NCBI GenBank assembly: GCA_038087875.1
Contig: CM075991.1
Location: 1,054,001-1,118,000, forward strand
Direction of reading: 5' to 3'
DNA length: 64,000 nucleotides
Source: Malacoraja senta
Lineage: Eukaryota
Shown: positions 22,791 to 35,790 of the stretch, one piece after another
Layout of the letters: every line of letters starts with the position of its first letter
How positions within the stretch are numbered: position 1 is the first letter of the stretch
Translations under genes and position numbers: made by a program
The notes under the pieces: model-generated
The model's database searches: none
What the model saw: only the letters and a program-made list of their open reading frames with translations
What the model was told of the DNA's origin: nothing

Positions 22791-25511
22791 AGATGGGCAA
22801 GGTATTTACCGAGGAGAAAGACAGAAGGATGGAGGAACCTGGGACAGTCAATGGAAGTGTCTTGGGAGCAGTCAGTGTTACCGTCGAGACCCAAAACGCC
22901 ATCCATTCCTTCTCTCCAGAGATGCTGCCCATCCCGTTGAGTTACTCCAGCATTTTGTGTCTATCTTTGAGACATTGGATATGTTCAGAACTGAGACTGA
23001 CAGACTTTTGAATGACTGGAGATCCAACAAATGCAGGGATAGGGCAGGAAAGATAAGTCAGGATAGAAGATGACTATAATCTTACTGAATGCCAGAGCAA
23101 CTGGCAGAGCTGCATCACTTACTACTGTCCCCATTACATTCGCTTGTGAGGGGATTAACCAATCAAGCTATCAACTGCAGGTACAGAGTCAGTTTGACTT
23201 GATTAGAATGTTTAATTTACAGCTATTTTCCTATAAACACAAATTTAAACAGCTTTTTTTGAAAAATAAACCACTGTGTACATACAAAATGTTCCCAACA
23301 ATTGAAACAATTGAACTGGCTCACTGCATAGTTTGATCAATTCTTAATTTAACTGTGGATATGCGTTAAAAATAGGAACAACAATTTAACAGGAAATAAA
23401 ATAAGGAAGCACGTAGTTACGCATACATTTCTTTTAATATATATTTAATTTTTCAACAGTGGCGTGTTACTCTTTGCAGGGAAGGCTCAAATGAGAGGAC
23501 ATGGTTGCCAGATAACTTAACAGTCACTTAAAACAATCACTTAAAGAGAAAATGTATTTTCACGGGGCACAGTGAATCTTTGAAATTCTCAACCAGATAG
23601 GATTGTGGAGCGCAGATCATTGAGGGTATTTAAAGAGGTATTTTTGAAAGATCAGGGAATTGAAGACTTTGGTAACTGGCATAAAAGAGGAGTTCAGGTG
23701 GAGGGCAGATCAACCATGATTACACTGAATGGAGTGTTGTGAGGAGTGGGTCTCCTGCTCTTTCGTTTGTGTTCTTCCCGTACAGTCATCACACAACTTT
23801 TTATGTGCATCTATTTGGGTTCTAATTAAAGAGCTCAAGCCCTCTTCTGCAATGGTTAAAAGACTTAAAGCATGGATCAAAAAGGGTTAGAGTGCGGGGC
23901 TGAGGCCAGGCGGCTTTTCCACTCGCCTTACCTACTCTAACCTCACCCCCTCTGAACGTACAGCCCTCCGCTCACTCTGCAGCAACCCCAACATTATAAT
24001 AAAACCCGCCGACAAGGGAGGTGCCATGGTAGTCTGGCGTGCTGACCTCTACCGGACTGAGGCCAGGCGACAACTCTGACACCTCCTCCTACTTATCCTT
24101 GGACCATGATCCCACATATGAGCACCAGGCTTTAAACTCACACACTATTTCTGATTTCATCACTTCTGGCTGTCTGCCTTCCACAGATCCAACCTTATCG
24201 TTTCCCAGCCCCGCACAGCCTGATTTTACCTTCTCACCAAAATCCACAAATAACTGCCCTGCCAGACCCTTACCAACTTCTCCTTTGACTCCTCCTACTT
24301 CCTCCAAGTCCACGCCATAGCTATGGTTACCCGCATGGGTCCCTGCTACGCCTGCCTCTTTGTAGGGTATGTTGAACAATCCCTGTTCCAGGCTACACTG
24401 GCCCTATCCCCAGACTCTATCTCTGTTACATTGACGACTGCATCTGTGCTACCTCATGCACCCACCACTAGCCACATTTTCCCATCTCCACCCACTCATG
24501 GACCTCATCAACTTCACCACCAATTTTCGTCCTGCACTCAAATTTACTTGGACCATCTCAGACACCTCCCTCCCCTTTCTTGATCTCACAGTCTTCATCA
24601 CAGGAAATAGACTATTGACTGACGTCTATTACAAACCCACTGACTCCCACAACTATCTCGACTACACTTCTTCCCACCCTGCTTCCTGCAAAGACTCTAT
24701 CCCCTACTTCCCTTGCTCCCCCTCCCCTAATCGCACCAGACAAAGTCCACCCTAGTCTATGTTTCTAGTCCTTACCTTCCACCTCATACAACACACAATC
24801 CTCCACAATTTCCGCCACCTCCAACGGGATCCCACCACTAGCCACATTTTCCCATCTCCACCCCTTTCCTCCTTCTGCAGAGATCTTTCCTTCCGCAACT
24901 CCCTGGTTAACTCATCCCTTCCCATCCAAACCACCCCCTCCCCAGGTACCTTCCCCTGCAACCGCAGAAAATGCAACACCTTTCCCCTATACCTCCTCCA
25001 TCAACTCTGTCCAGGGACCTCGACAGTCCTTTCAGGTTAGGCAAACGTTCACTTGCACCTCCTCCAACCTCATCTACTGTATCCGTTGTTCAAGATGCGG
25101 ACTCTTATACATCGGCGAGACCAAACGCAGACTGGGTGATCGTTTCGCGGAACACCTTCACTCAGCCTGCCTGAACCAACCTGATCTCTCGGTTGCTGGA
25201 CACTTTAATTCTCCTTCCCATTCCCACACAGACCTTTCTGTCCAAGGTCTCCTCCATTGTCAGAGTGTGCCTAAATGCAAATTGGAGGAACAGCATCTCA
25301 TATTTCGCTTGGGCAGCTTGCAGCCCAGTGGTATGAATATTGATTTCTCTCACTTCAGGTAGTCCCGGCATTCCCTCTCTTTCTCTATCCCTCCCCCACC
25401 CAAGTCGCACTAGCTTCTCATTTTCACCCAACAATGGCCTGTTCTCTTTATCATCGTAACTTTTTGCATATCTTTCATTCATTGTTCTTTATCCCTCTAC
25501 ATCACCATCTA

Positions 25512-27165
25512 CAGTGCCCTCCATAATGTTTGGGACGAAGACCCAGCATTTATTTATTTGCCTCTGTACTGCACAATTTGAGATTTGTAATTTTAAAAAA
25601 ATCACATGTGGTTAAAATGTACATTGTCAGATTTTATTAAAGGGTATTTTTATACATTTTGGTTTCACCATATGGAAATTACAGCTGTGTTTATACATGG
25701 TCCCCCCATTTCAGGGCACCATAATGTTTGGGACACATGGCTTCACAGGCGTTTGTAATTGCTCAGGTGTGTTTAATTGCCTCCTTAATGCAGGTATACG
25801 AGAGCTCTCAGTAGCTAGTCTTTCCTCCAGTCTTTCCATCATCTTTGGAAACTTTTATTGCTGTTTATCAAAAATGAGGACCAAAGTTGTGCCAATGAAA
25901 GTCAAAGAAGCCATTATGATACTGAGAAACAAGAATAAAATTGTTAGGGACATCAGCGAAACCTTAGGCTTACCAAAATTAACTGTTTGGAACATCATTA
26001 AGAAGAAAGAGAGCACTAGTGAGCTTACTAATCGCAAAGGGACTGGCAGGCCAAGAAAGACCTCCACAGCTGATGACAGAAGAAATCTCTCTATAATAAA
26101 GGAAATCCCCCAAACACCTGTCCGACAGATCAGAAACACTCTTCCGGAGTCAAGTGTGGATTTGTCAATGACCACTAACCGCAGAAGACTTCATGAACAG
26201 AAATACAGAGGCTACACTGCAAGATGCAAAACACTGGTTAGCTGCATAAATAGGATGGCCAGGTTACAGTTTGCCAAGAAGTACTTAAAAGAGCAACCAC
26301 AATTCTGGAAAAAAGGTCTTGTGGACAGATGAGACTAAGATTAACTTATATCATAGCGATGGCAAGAGCAAAATATAGAGGAGAGAAGGAACTGCCCAAG
26401 ATCCAAAGCATACCACCTCATATGTGAAACATGGTGGTGGGAGTGTTATGGCCTGGGCATGTATGGCTGCTGAAGGTACTGGCTCACTTATCTTCATTGA
26501 TACAACTGCTGATGGTAGTAGCGTAATGAATTCTGAAGTGAATAGACACATCTTATCTGCTCAAGTTCAAATAAATGCCTCTAAACTCATTGGCCAGCGG
26601 TTCATTCTACAGCAAGACAATGATCACAAACATACTGCAAAAGCAACAAAAGCGTTTTTCAAAGCTAGAAAATGTTCATTTCTTGAGTGGCCAAGTTAAT
26701 CACCCAATCTGAACCCAATTGAGCATGCCTTTTATATGCTGAAGTGAAAACCGATGGGGACCAGCCCCCAAAAACAAGCATAAGCTAAAGATGGCTGCAA
26801 TACAGGCCCGGCAGAGCATCACCAGAGAAAACACCGAGCAACTGGTGATGTCCGCGAATCGCAGACTTCAAGCAGTCATTGCATGCAAAGGATATGCAAC
26901 AAAATACTAAACATGACTACTTTCATTTACATGACATTGATGTGTCCCAAACATTATGGTGCCCTGAAATGGAGGGACTATGTATAAACACTGCTGTAAT
27001 TTCTACATGGTGAAACAAAAATGTATAAAAATGGCCTTTATTAAAATCTGACCGTGTGCACTTTAACCACATGTGATTTTTTTTGATTATAATTCTCAAA
27101 CAGTGGAGTACAGAGGCAAATAAATAAATGATGGGTCTTTGTCCCAAACAATATGGAGGGCACTG
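25512..27165 (+). mobile_element. Full-length Tc1 transposon, IR/DR type
   Basis: TA TSD (25510-11, 27166-67). ~230-bp TIRs starting CAGTGCCCTCCATA, with the internal direct repeat ccataatgtttgggac in each TIR. Confidence 0.95.
25874..26910 (+). pseudogene. Tc1 transposase, disrupted
   Basis: MRTKVVPMKVKEAI...GRPRKT (HTH region), WTDETKINL, KHGGGSVMAWACM, QQDNDHKH, NLNPIEH. Frameshift near 26310 and in-frame stops. Confidence 0.92.
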
Positions 27166-27307
27166 TATATCTCTTATTTCCCTTATCCCTAACCAGTCTG
27201 AAAAAGAGTCTCGACCCAAAACGTCATCCATTCCTTCTCTCCAGAGATGCTGCCTGTCCTGGTGAGTTACTCCTGCTTTTTATGTCTATCTTAGGTTTAG
27301 AGAGATA

Positions 27308-28415
27308 CCAGACCAAGTGGGACCTGTTGGGTCCCTGTCACGTGGGAGGCCTGGTCCCCCAACGCAACTCGTTCCTCCAACGCAATATGCCACCACTCAC
27401 CCAAAGCCCCCAACTGTGCAGGGGCGGTTCATTTCCCCTTATTCACCCTTACTCATTTTAAACAAAAAAAAATGCAATTCCACATGCTAGGGATGGCAGG
27501 ACTCAGTGTCCTGAGATTGCAACATTGTAGCGGGCAGGGCTACAATCCCATTGGGACATCATAGCTGTTAAGGCTCTGTCTTACCTGTTTGCGGTCATCG
27601 GCGGTGAAGCGCGGCGTCGCCGGTAGCGAGGACCGCGCGGCAACGGCGAGAGCGTCGAGCCTATCCACCGGAGTGTCGCACGGATGTTGCGCGGGGGCCA
27701 AGTTAATTCAAACACGGTGGGTCCCACGTGCTTGCGGTAAGTAAAAAAAGGGCGGGCCGACTGCGATGACGTCGGCCCGCCGCACGTGACTCACCAGCGG
27801 CGGCTGTGGCGGCGGCCATCCTGATCGCGGCGCTGTAGCGGTGGCTGTGCCTGCGGCCGCGCAGCAAACGTGCCTCACTGGCGGCGGCACGTGCCTCACT
27901 GGCGGCGGCTGTGGCAGAGGAGGTTTGACGCACGGCGCTCGACCCACACTGGCGGCGGCCCGTGCGAGCGGCCGTGCCGCACTTGTGCATCACTGGTGGA
28001 GGTTGTGCGGTGAGTATAGTGTTTTCGACATTGTCGGTTTTATTTTAGCACCGCGCGGTGTTGGGAACACGGCCCGGGAATTGTACGTTCTCACGAGTGC
28101 GCGGTCTATGGCGGCAGATTCTTCCCGTTTCGCCGCCAATGACCGCAGATTCGTGAGACAGGCCTTTAACTGCCAGTGCAGACGTAAGAAATATTTCTCA
28201 AAGTGGGATTTTTTAAAGTTAAAAATGAGAATAACTTGTAAAGTATAACATCAATCTGAACGAAACTTGATTAAAAACACATCACAAGACAATTGTTGAG
28301 TAAGGTGGTCCAAAAATTGTAGCGCTATCGTGTACGTTTTGGTGTAATTCAGGCCATGACACACTCACATGCGCACACATGCGCACGCAGACAAGATGGG
28401 AGTTTTAGTAATATA
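27308..28415 (-). mobile_element. Helitron unit a
   Basis: 3' end (+ strand) ccagaccaagtgggacctgttgggtccc, i.e. hairpin plus mutated CTAG. 5' end ...gagttttagtaatata. Confidence 0.85.
27571..28165. mobile_element. CpG-rich PIF/Harbinger-like MITE inside Helitron unit a
   Basis: TTA TSD (27568-70, 28166-68). ~40-bp imperfect TIRs aggc(t)ctgtct..c...gcggtcat.ggcgg.gaa. Empty site 'gctgtaactgcc' in unit b at ~28706. Confidence 0.85.
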
Positions 28416-28959
28416 CTAGACCAAGTGGGACCCATTGGGTCCCTGTCATATGGGAGGCCTGGTTTCCCAACGCAACCCGTTCCCCTAACGCAATATTCGA
28501 CCACTCACCTGTTCCCCCAACGCAATATTCCACCACTCACCCATAGCCCCCAATTGTGCAAGGGAGCCTCATTTCCCCTTATTCACCCTCCCTCATTTTA
28601 AACTTTTAAACAAATGTAATTGCACTTGCTAGGGCTGGCAGGACTCAGTGTCCTGGGATTGCAACATTGTAGTGGGCAGCGTTACAATCCTATTATGATA
28701 TCATTGCTGTAACTGCCAGTGCAGATGAAAGAAATATTTCTCAAAGTGAGATTTTATAAAGTTAAAAATGTGAATAACTTGTAAAATATAACATCAATCT
28801 GAACGAAACGTGATTAAAAAAAAACACATCACAAGACAATTGTGAGTAAGGTGGCGCAAAAATTGTACCACTATCATGTACCATTTTGGTGTAGTTCAGG
28901 GCATCTCTGAATCACTGACAGGCACTCTCACAAACATGTTAATTTATTTTAGTAATATA
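28416..28959 (-). mobile_element. Helitron unit b
   Basis: ctagaccaagtgggacccattgggtccc (CTAG plus hairpin) ... ttttagtaatata. Confidence 0.88.
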
Positions 28960-30545
28960 CTAGACTAAGTGGGACCCTTTGGGTCCCAGTCACACGGGAG
29001 GCCTGGTCCCCCAATGCACCCCATTCCCCAACGCAATATTCCACCACTCAACCCGCTCCCCCAACACAATATTCCATCACTCATCCATAGCCCCTAACTG
29101 CGCAGGCGCGGCTCTTTTCCCCTCATCCTCCAGCACTCCCTCCCCCTCCTCTTCACCCTCCCTCATCTTTCCCCTCTCCTCCCCTCCCCCAATCCTTCCC
29201 TCACCTCTCCCTCTCCTTTCCCCTACCCTACAAACGTCCTGCAGCCAGGTAGAGGGAAGGATTCAGGCGTGGGCTGTCGGGGGGGTAGCGTCCTGCAGTC
29301 GGGGGAGGGGCACGGCTTCAGGCGGGGGCTGTGGGGGGCCGGTGAGGAGGGTGCGTCCTACAGCCAGGGGAGGGGGACGGCTTCAGGCGGGGGCTGTCGG
29401 AGCCGTTGGGGGTGGGGAGAGCATCAGGCAGCTGGGAGAGGGGGATGGCTTCAGGCGGGGGCTGTCGGGGCCGGTGACGAGGGAACAGCGTCTTGCAGCA
29501 GGGGGAGGGGGATGGCTTCAGGCTGGGGGTGTCAGAGCTAGTGGGGGGGAGATCCTGCAGCTGGGGGAGGGGGACGGCTTCAGGCGGGGGCTGTCGGGGG
29601 CCCGTGGGGGAGGGTCCTGCAGCAAGAGCAGGGGGACCGCTTCAGGCGGGGGCTGTTCAGGCCAGTGGCGGGGGGCAGCATCTTGCAGCAGGAGGAGGGG
29701 GACAACTTCAGGCTGGGGTTGTCGGGGCCGGTGGGGGGGGGCGAGCTTCCTGCAGCTGGGGGAGGGGGACGGCTTCAGGCGTGGTCTGTCGGGGACCGGT
29801 GGATGAGGGGGGAGCGTCCTGCATCCAGTGCAGCGGGACGGCTTCAGGCAAGGACTGGTGGGGGGGAGGGGGATGGCCTCAGGCAGCAGCCGGTGGGGGG
29901 GAGCGGATGTGTGGCCTGCCGCTGCCGTGGCCTACCGCTGGGTGGGTGTGCGTGTGCAAGGGGAGTGGGGTGGGGGGGTGTGCGTGGGTGCGGATGTGTG
30001 GGCGCCGGTGGTGTGCCCTTCCAGCGCCCGGACCCGCCAGCGCCCGGCTCCCTCCATCCCCCCACACTCATTCCTCAGTTCCCCAGGATCTCGCGTTTGC
30101 AGCAGTCGGCCTCGCAGTCGGCCAGGCTCTGGACCGCTCCACACTCCGGGGTTCCCCCAACTCTGGGCAGCTTCCGGGCTCCCCGACTCCGCACGGCTCC
30201 CTGACTCCGCGCGGCTTCCGTGCTCACGGCTTTGGGAGGGTTTCTGGACAGCTTCTGGAATCAGCCCCACCTCCGGGGCTATATTCTCATCCCGGTGATT
30301 AACAGCGGGTGCCGGAAGAGGCTTTGCCGTCCTGGCAATCGACAGGAGAGAAGACCAATCTGCTGATTTAAACCTTCAAAACTTTTGTAATATTCCACTG
30401 ATCGGAACAAAACTTAATGCGCTTGGAGCACAGGAGAATGGTGAGTAAGGTGGCGAAAAATCCTAGCACTATCGGGTACCGTTTTGGCGCAAATGTAAAA
30501 ACAACGCAAACCGGAAGAGGACAAGATGAGAGTTTTAGTTAAGTA
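28960..30545 (-). mobile_element. Helitron unit c with G-rich ~60-bp tandem repeat (~29230-29900)
   Basis: ctagactaagtgggaccctttgggtccc ... gagttttagttaagta. Internal repeat cctgcagctgggggagggggacggcttcaggcgggggctgtcgg. Confidence 0.88.
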
Positions 30546-32343
30546 CTAGACTAAGTGGGACCCGTTGGGTCCCATTCTCACACGGGAGGCTGGTCCCCCA
30601 ATGCAATATTCCACCGCTCCATCAATTCCAATATTCCACCACTTACGCATAGCCCTCAACTGCGCAGGCGCGGCTACCGGTTCCCGTTGTGACGCCCCTG
30701 ATCCCCCCTGATCCCACCTCCTCCCTTCACCCCCCCCACTCTGCCCCTTGCCCTTCACCACCCACACACTCCATCCCCCCTTAACCCCCCCCCTCCACTC
30801 TTAGCAGCTCTCCGGCGGCGCAGCCATTCCCTCCCATTGGGTTCCCATTGTGACGCAGCACACGCAGGTATTACTGCGCAGGTGCAGCTGACGGGTATGG
30901 CAAGTGGAAAATGGATTTATTAAAGCTTAAAATGTGAATAACTCTTAAAATATTACAATTTAAACGTTAAAGAGATTTATTCAGTCCATTCTTTCTTGTT
31001 GCGCCTCTTGGCTTCAGAAGGGGACTGTCGGGGGCCAGTGGGGGGATCGTCCTGCAGCCTGGGGAGGGGGATGACTTTAGGCGGTGGCCAGTGGGGGGGG
31101 GGGCTTTCTGGAGGGCTAGTATGGGTGTTGTGGGCTGAATGGATTGGTTTCCAGAGGGCTAGTATGGACATTGTGGGCCGAATGCATTCTTGGGCTAGTC
31201 CTGCAGCTGGGGACGGGAAGGTTTCAAGCGGGGGCCGGCGGGAGCGTTCTGTAGCTGGGGGAGGGGGACGATTTCAGGAAGGGGCCGGGTGGAGGGGAGT
31301 GCTGCCGTGGCCTACCGCTGCTATGGCCTGCCGCTGAAGGGGGGAGGTGTGTGGGCGGGGGTGGTGAGTCTTCTTGACTCACAATTCACTCACTCACAGC
31401 TTGTAGACGCACAGTTCACTCAGCCACGGCTTGTGGACTCACAGTTCACTCAGCCACGGCTTGTGGTATCACAGTTCACTCAGCCACGGTTTGTGGACTC
31501 AAAGTTCACTCATCCACGTCTTGTAAACTCACAGTTCACTCAGCCACAGCTTGTGGACTCACAGTTCAGTCACTCACAGCTTGTGGACTCATAGTTCAGT
31601 CACTCACGGCTTGTGGACTCACAGTTCAGTCACTCACGGCTTGTGGACTCACAGTTCAGTCTCATGGCTTGTGGACTCACAGTTCAGTCACTCATGGCTT
31701 GTGGACTCACAGTTCAGTCACACACGGCTTATGGACTCACAGTTCAGACACTCACGGCTTGTGGACCTCTGGACTCAGGCTCGACTTCCGGACTCGGTTT
31801 GACTTCCGAACTCGGCGCGACTTCTGGACTCGGCGCGACTTCCTGATTCGGCGCGACTTCAGGACTCGGCGTGACTTCAGGACTCGGCGTGACTTCCAGA
31901 CTCGGCGCGACTTCCGGACTCACAGTTCAGTCACTCACAGCTTGTGGACTCACAGTTCACTTACTCACGACGTGTGGACTTTCAGTTCACTCACTCACGG
32001 CTTATGGACTCACAGTTCTGGACTCAACTCTCACTCACGACTTCCGGGCTGACTGACTCACACGTGGCCTCCGGGGCTTTATTCTCCTCGCCCCCGGAAG
32101 TAGCGTTACCTTCATGGTGACTGACAGGCGAGAAGACCAATCTGCTGATCTCACGATTTTTTAAACCTTCATAACCTTTCTAATATTCCACCGATCGGAA
32201 CAGAACTTGGTGCGCTTGGAGCAGAGGAGAACGGTGAGTAAGGTGGTGAAAAATCCTAGCGATATAGAGTAACATTTTTGCGCAAATTTAAAAACAAAGC
32301 AGAACGAAAGTGGTCAAGATGGGAGTTTTAGTAATAGTGTAGA
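30546..32343 (-). mobile_element. Helitron unit d with 30-bp and 18-bp minisatellites
   Basis: ctagactaagtgggacccgttgggtccc ... gagttttagtaatagtgtaga|t, i.e. an intact 5' TC end after A. Confidence 0.88.
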
Positions 32344-33118
32344 TATAGAATAGAATATAGATAGAAGATAGATAGGAGATATATAGATAGATAGAATAGA
32401 GAATAGAAATAGATAGATAGATATATAGATAGAAAATAGACGGATAGGCAGGTGGGACTAGCATAAAAGGAGCACCTTTTTGGTCTGCATGGGCAAGGTG
32501 GGACCTGGTTCTTTGTTGTATGACTCTATGACTTGAGACCACCTGGGCTACCGCCAGAGGAGCTGAGGTACAGTTCAGTAACCTCTGTAACTTTCCATCA
32601 TTATCCCAACAACACCCTCCACCCTCCAGTTGTCCTCAAAATATCCCAGAATTAAACACCTGCGAGAACCCCCCGTAAACACATGTGTGAACCCCCCGTA
32701 AACACATACTCGCCATCCTCGCTTCTACAACTGTCAACTTCCCTGCTTCTCCTTCCAACCTTTCCCATTCATCTGCTCTTCCTGTCTCTGAGGATCAGCT
32801 GTCCTTACATGCCCTTCCCTATTAATTTGACATCCCTCCTCCAGTCACTGTAACCATCTATAAGGGCTGTCCAAACGTGCTACATCCACCCCAAACCTCT
32901 ACACCACCATCATACCCCCAAACCTCAGCCTAGTCATCAAGCACTTCCAGTGTAATCTCCATGCACCACAGCACCAAAAGATTGGTGAGGAAGAGCCTAT
33001 TCTACTGCACATTGTGCTTTGAGACATGCATGCTGTTAAACCTCTGTAAATACCCTCAGGGGTGCCTCCTTTTAGTGGGCCAAATCAAGTGTTGTCATGT
33101 GCCACGAGTTAACCCTTA

Positions 33119-33334
33119 AGGTCCTGTCCCACTTTCACGACCTAATTCACGACCTCTGCCGAGTTTGCCCTTGACTCATACTCGTAGCATGGTCGTCACA
33201 AGGTCGTAGGTATGTCGTGATGCTAGTCGTAGGTACTCGTGGCATTAAGTAGGTCGGGCGTTTTTCTAGCCTGATGAAAAATGTCCACGAGTAAAAAAGG
33301 TCGTGAATTAGGTCGTGAAAGTGGGACATGCCCT
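33119..33334. mobile_element. PIF/Harbinger MITE
   Basis: TIRs agg(g)cctgtcccactttcacgacc and TTA TSD. Duplicated copy at 38670-38886. Confidence 0.88.
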
Positions 33335-34008
33335 TTAGGCCTTGGTTAGGATTTTACTGAACTACTCTGATGTAATGGAATCCACTTAGGTACAATGTCA
33401 TACATGAACTTCAAAATTCTCAAATTGCAAAACAACATGTCATACATATGCTTCAACATTTTCAATTACATTCCAAAAACAACAACTGCCAAATATGGAG
33501 ACTTGAGAAACTACAGATGAGCAATCTTGAGCAAAATACAAAGTGCTGTATAAAGTCAGTGGGTCAGGCAGCATCTGAAGACGGAATGGACAGACAAAGC
33601 TTCACTTGGGGGCTTTCTTCAGACTGCCAAATATGTAATAGTGATGTAATTTCACAATTCTTTCCTGGTTGCACAGAGCTTTTGTAGGAATAGAGGAAAT
33701 TGGAAAGGTCAGTTAACCTTATTGCTCCTGTTCTCTGATACCCAAGGCAGTTTTATATGTAAATCATTCAAGCTTCTAGATCACATTTTAACCTTTGAGT
33801 GACTGTGTCTTATATCATACGTCTGCCAAGAAGTGAAATGTGTACACATGACTAATGCATAACTAACATCCATGTGCACATATTTGAATGCACATGTGTA
33901 CATGTGTGAGATTAACCAATGCACAATTTACATTTATAATCTGGAGGCTTGCAAGATTTTTGAAAAAAGAATTGTTGTAGATCTTTGCAATAAATTTGCT
34001 TATACTGC

Positions 34009-35090
34009 CAAAGAGTAGGAGTAAACGGGTCCTTTTCAGAATGGCAGGCAGTGACTAGTGGGGTACCGCAAGGCTCAGTGCTGGGACCCCAGCTATTTAC
34101 AATATATATTAATGATTTGGACGAGGGAATTGAATGCAACACCTCCAAGTTTGCAGATGACACGAAGCTGGGGGGGCAGTGTTAGCTGTGAGGAGGATGC
34201 TAGGAGGCTGCAAGGTGACTTGGATAAGCTGGGTGAGTGGGCAAATGCATGGCAGATGCAGTATAATGTGGATAAATGTGAGGTTATCCACTTTGGTGGC
34301 AAAAACAGGAAAGTAGACTATTATCTAAATGGTGGCCGATTAGGAAAAGGGGAGATGCAACGAGACCTGGGTGTCATGGTACACCAGTCATTGAAAGTAG
34401 GCATGCAGGTGCAGCAGGCAGTGAAAAAAGCGAATGGTATGTTAGCATTCATAGCAAAAGGATTTGAGTATAGGAGCAGGGAGGTTCTACTGCAGTTGTA
34501 CAGGGTCTTGGTGAGACCACACCTGGAGTATTGCGTACAGTTTTGGTCTCCAAATCTGAGGAAAGACATTCTTGCCATAGAGGGAGTACAGAGAAGGTTC
34601 ACCTGATTGATTCCTGGGATGTCAGGACTTTCATATGAAGAAAGACTGGATAGACTCGGCTTGTACTCGCTAGAATTTAGAAGATTGAGGGGGGATCTTA
34701 TAGAAACGTACAAAATTCTTAAGGGGTTGGACAGGCTAGATGCAGGAAGATTGTTCCCGATGTTGGGGAAGTCCAGGACAAGGGGTCACAGTTTAAGGAT
34801 TAAGGGGAAATCCTTTAGGACCGAGATGAGAAAAACATTTTTCACACAGAGAGTGGTGTATCTCTGGAACTCTCTGCCACAGAAGGTAGTTGAGGCCAGT
34901 TCATTGGCTATATTTAAGAGGGAGTTAGATGTGGCCCTTGTGGCTAAAGGGATCAGGGGGTATGGAGAGAAGGCAGGTACAGGATACTGAGTTGGATGAT
35001 CAGCCATGATCATATTGAATGGCGGTGCAGGCTCGAAGGGCCGAATGGCCTATTCCTGCACCTATTTTCTATGTTTCTATGTTTCTATGT
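34009..35090 (+). mobile_element. Young 5'-truncated CR1
   Basis: RT C-terminal ORFs 34058..34606 and 34607..34990. (TTTCTATG)n tail. Nearly identical to 11794-12865. Confidence 0.95.
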
Positions 35091-35403
35091 TTATGCAGAA
35101 TTCACAGTAAGAATACTGAGATTAACCAATGCACAACTTACATTTATAATCTGGAGGCTTGCAAGATTTTGGAAAAAAGAATTGTTGTAGACCTTTGCAA
35201 TAAATTTGCTTATACTGCCTTTATATTTATGCAGAATTCACAGTAAGAATCTGACTTAAAAGAATTGGTAACATTAAAGTTTGCAAAATAGAGTGAAAGA
35301 GGGAAGTGAGCTCACATATGTTTATGCTGACGTTGGAAAGCTGAAATTTAAACAAAAATGCCGAAAACTCAGATCTACAGACAGGGAAACGTAGCTAAAG
35401 TTT

Positions 35404-35790
35404 CATAGAACATAGAAAGCTAGAAAATAGGTGCAGGAGTAGGCCATTCACCCCTTTGAGCCAGCACCACCATTCAATATGATCATGGCTGATCATGCAA
35501 AATCAGTACCCCATTTTTATTTCCCCCCCCCCATATCCCTTGATTCCTTTAGCCCTAAGAGCTAAATCTAACTCTCTCTTGAAAATATCCAGTGTATTGG
35601 CCTCCACTGCATTCTGTGGCAGAGAATTCCACAGATTCATAACTCTCCGGGTAAAAAGATTTGTTCTCATCTCAGCCCTAAATGGCCTACCCTGTATTCT
35701 TAAACTGTGACCCCTGGTACTGGACTCCCCCAACACCAGGAACATTTTTCCTGCATCTAGTCTGTCCAATCCTTTAAGAATTTTATGAGA
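35404..35790 (-). mobile_element. CR1 3' fragment
   Basis: ORF 35503..35769 (LGESSTRGHSLRI...NLWNSLP). catagaa tail. Confidence 0.9.

Larger units (their letters stand above)
23900..27292 (+). mobile_element. Internally deleted Penelope-like element (RT + GIY-YIG), terminal repeat split by Tc1
   Basis: NLTPSERTALRSL...IKPADKGGA, TRMGPCYACLFVGYVE, YIDD, LPFLDL..DVYYKPTDSHNYL. GIY-YIG FTCTSSNLIYCIRCSRCGLLYIGETKRRLGDRFAEH at ~25048-25157. Confidence 0.92.

Noticed and set aside
28979..30302. Gly/Arg-rich ORFs of 150-275 aa (and mirror ORFs at 39648-40527)
   Set aside because: They arise from a G-rich tandem repeat lacking stops. Frames are not conserved between the two duplicated arms.
33448..33687. 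79-aa ORF preserved in two copies (38317..38556)
   Set aside because: Similarity is explained by the inverted duplication. It overlaps a degenerate Penelope terminus and has no recognisable domain.
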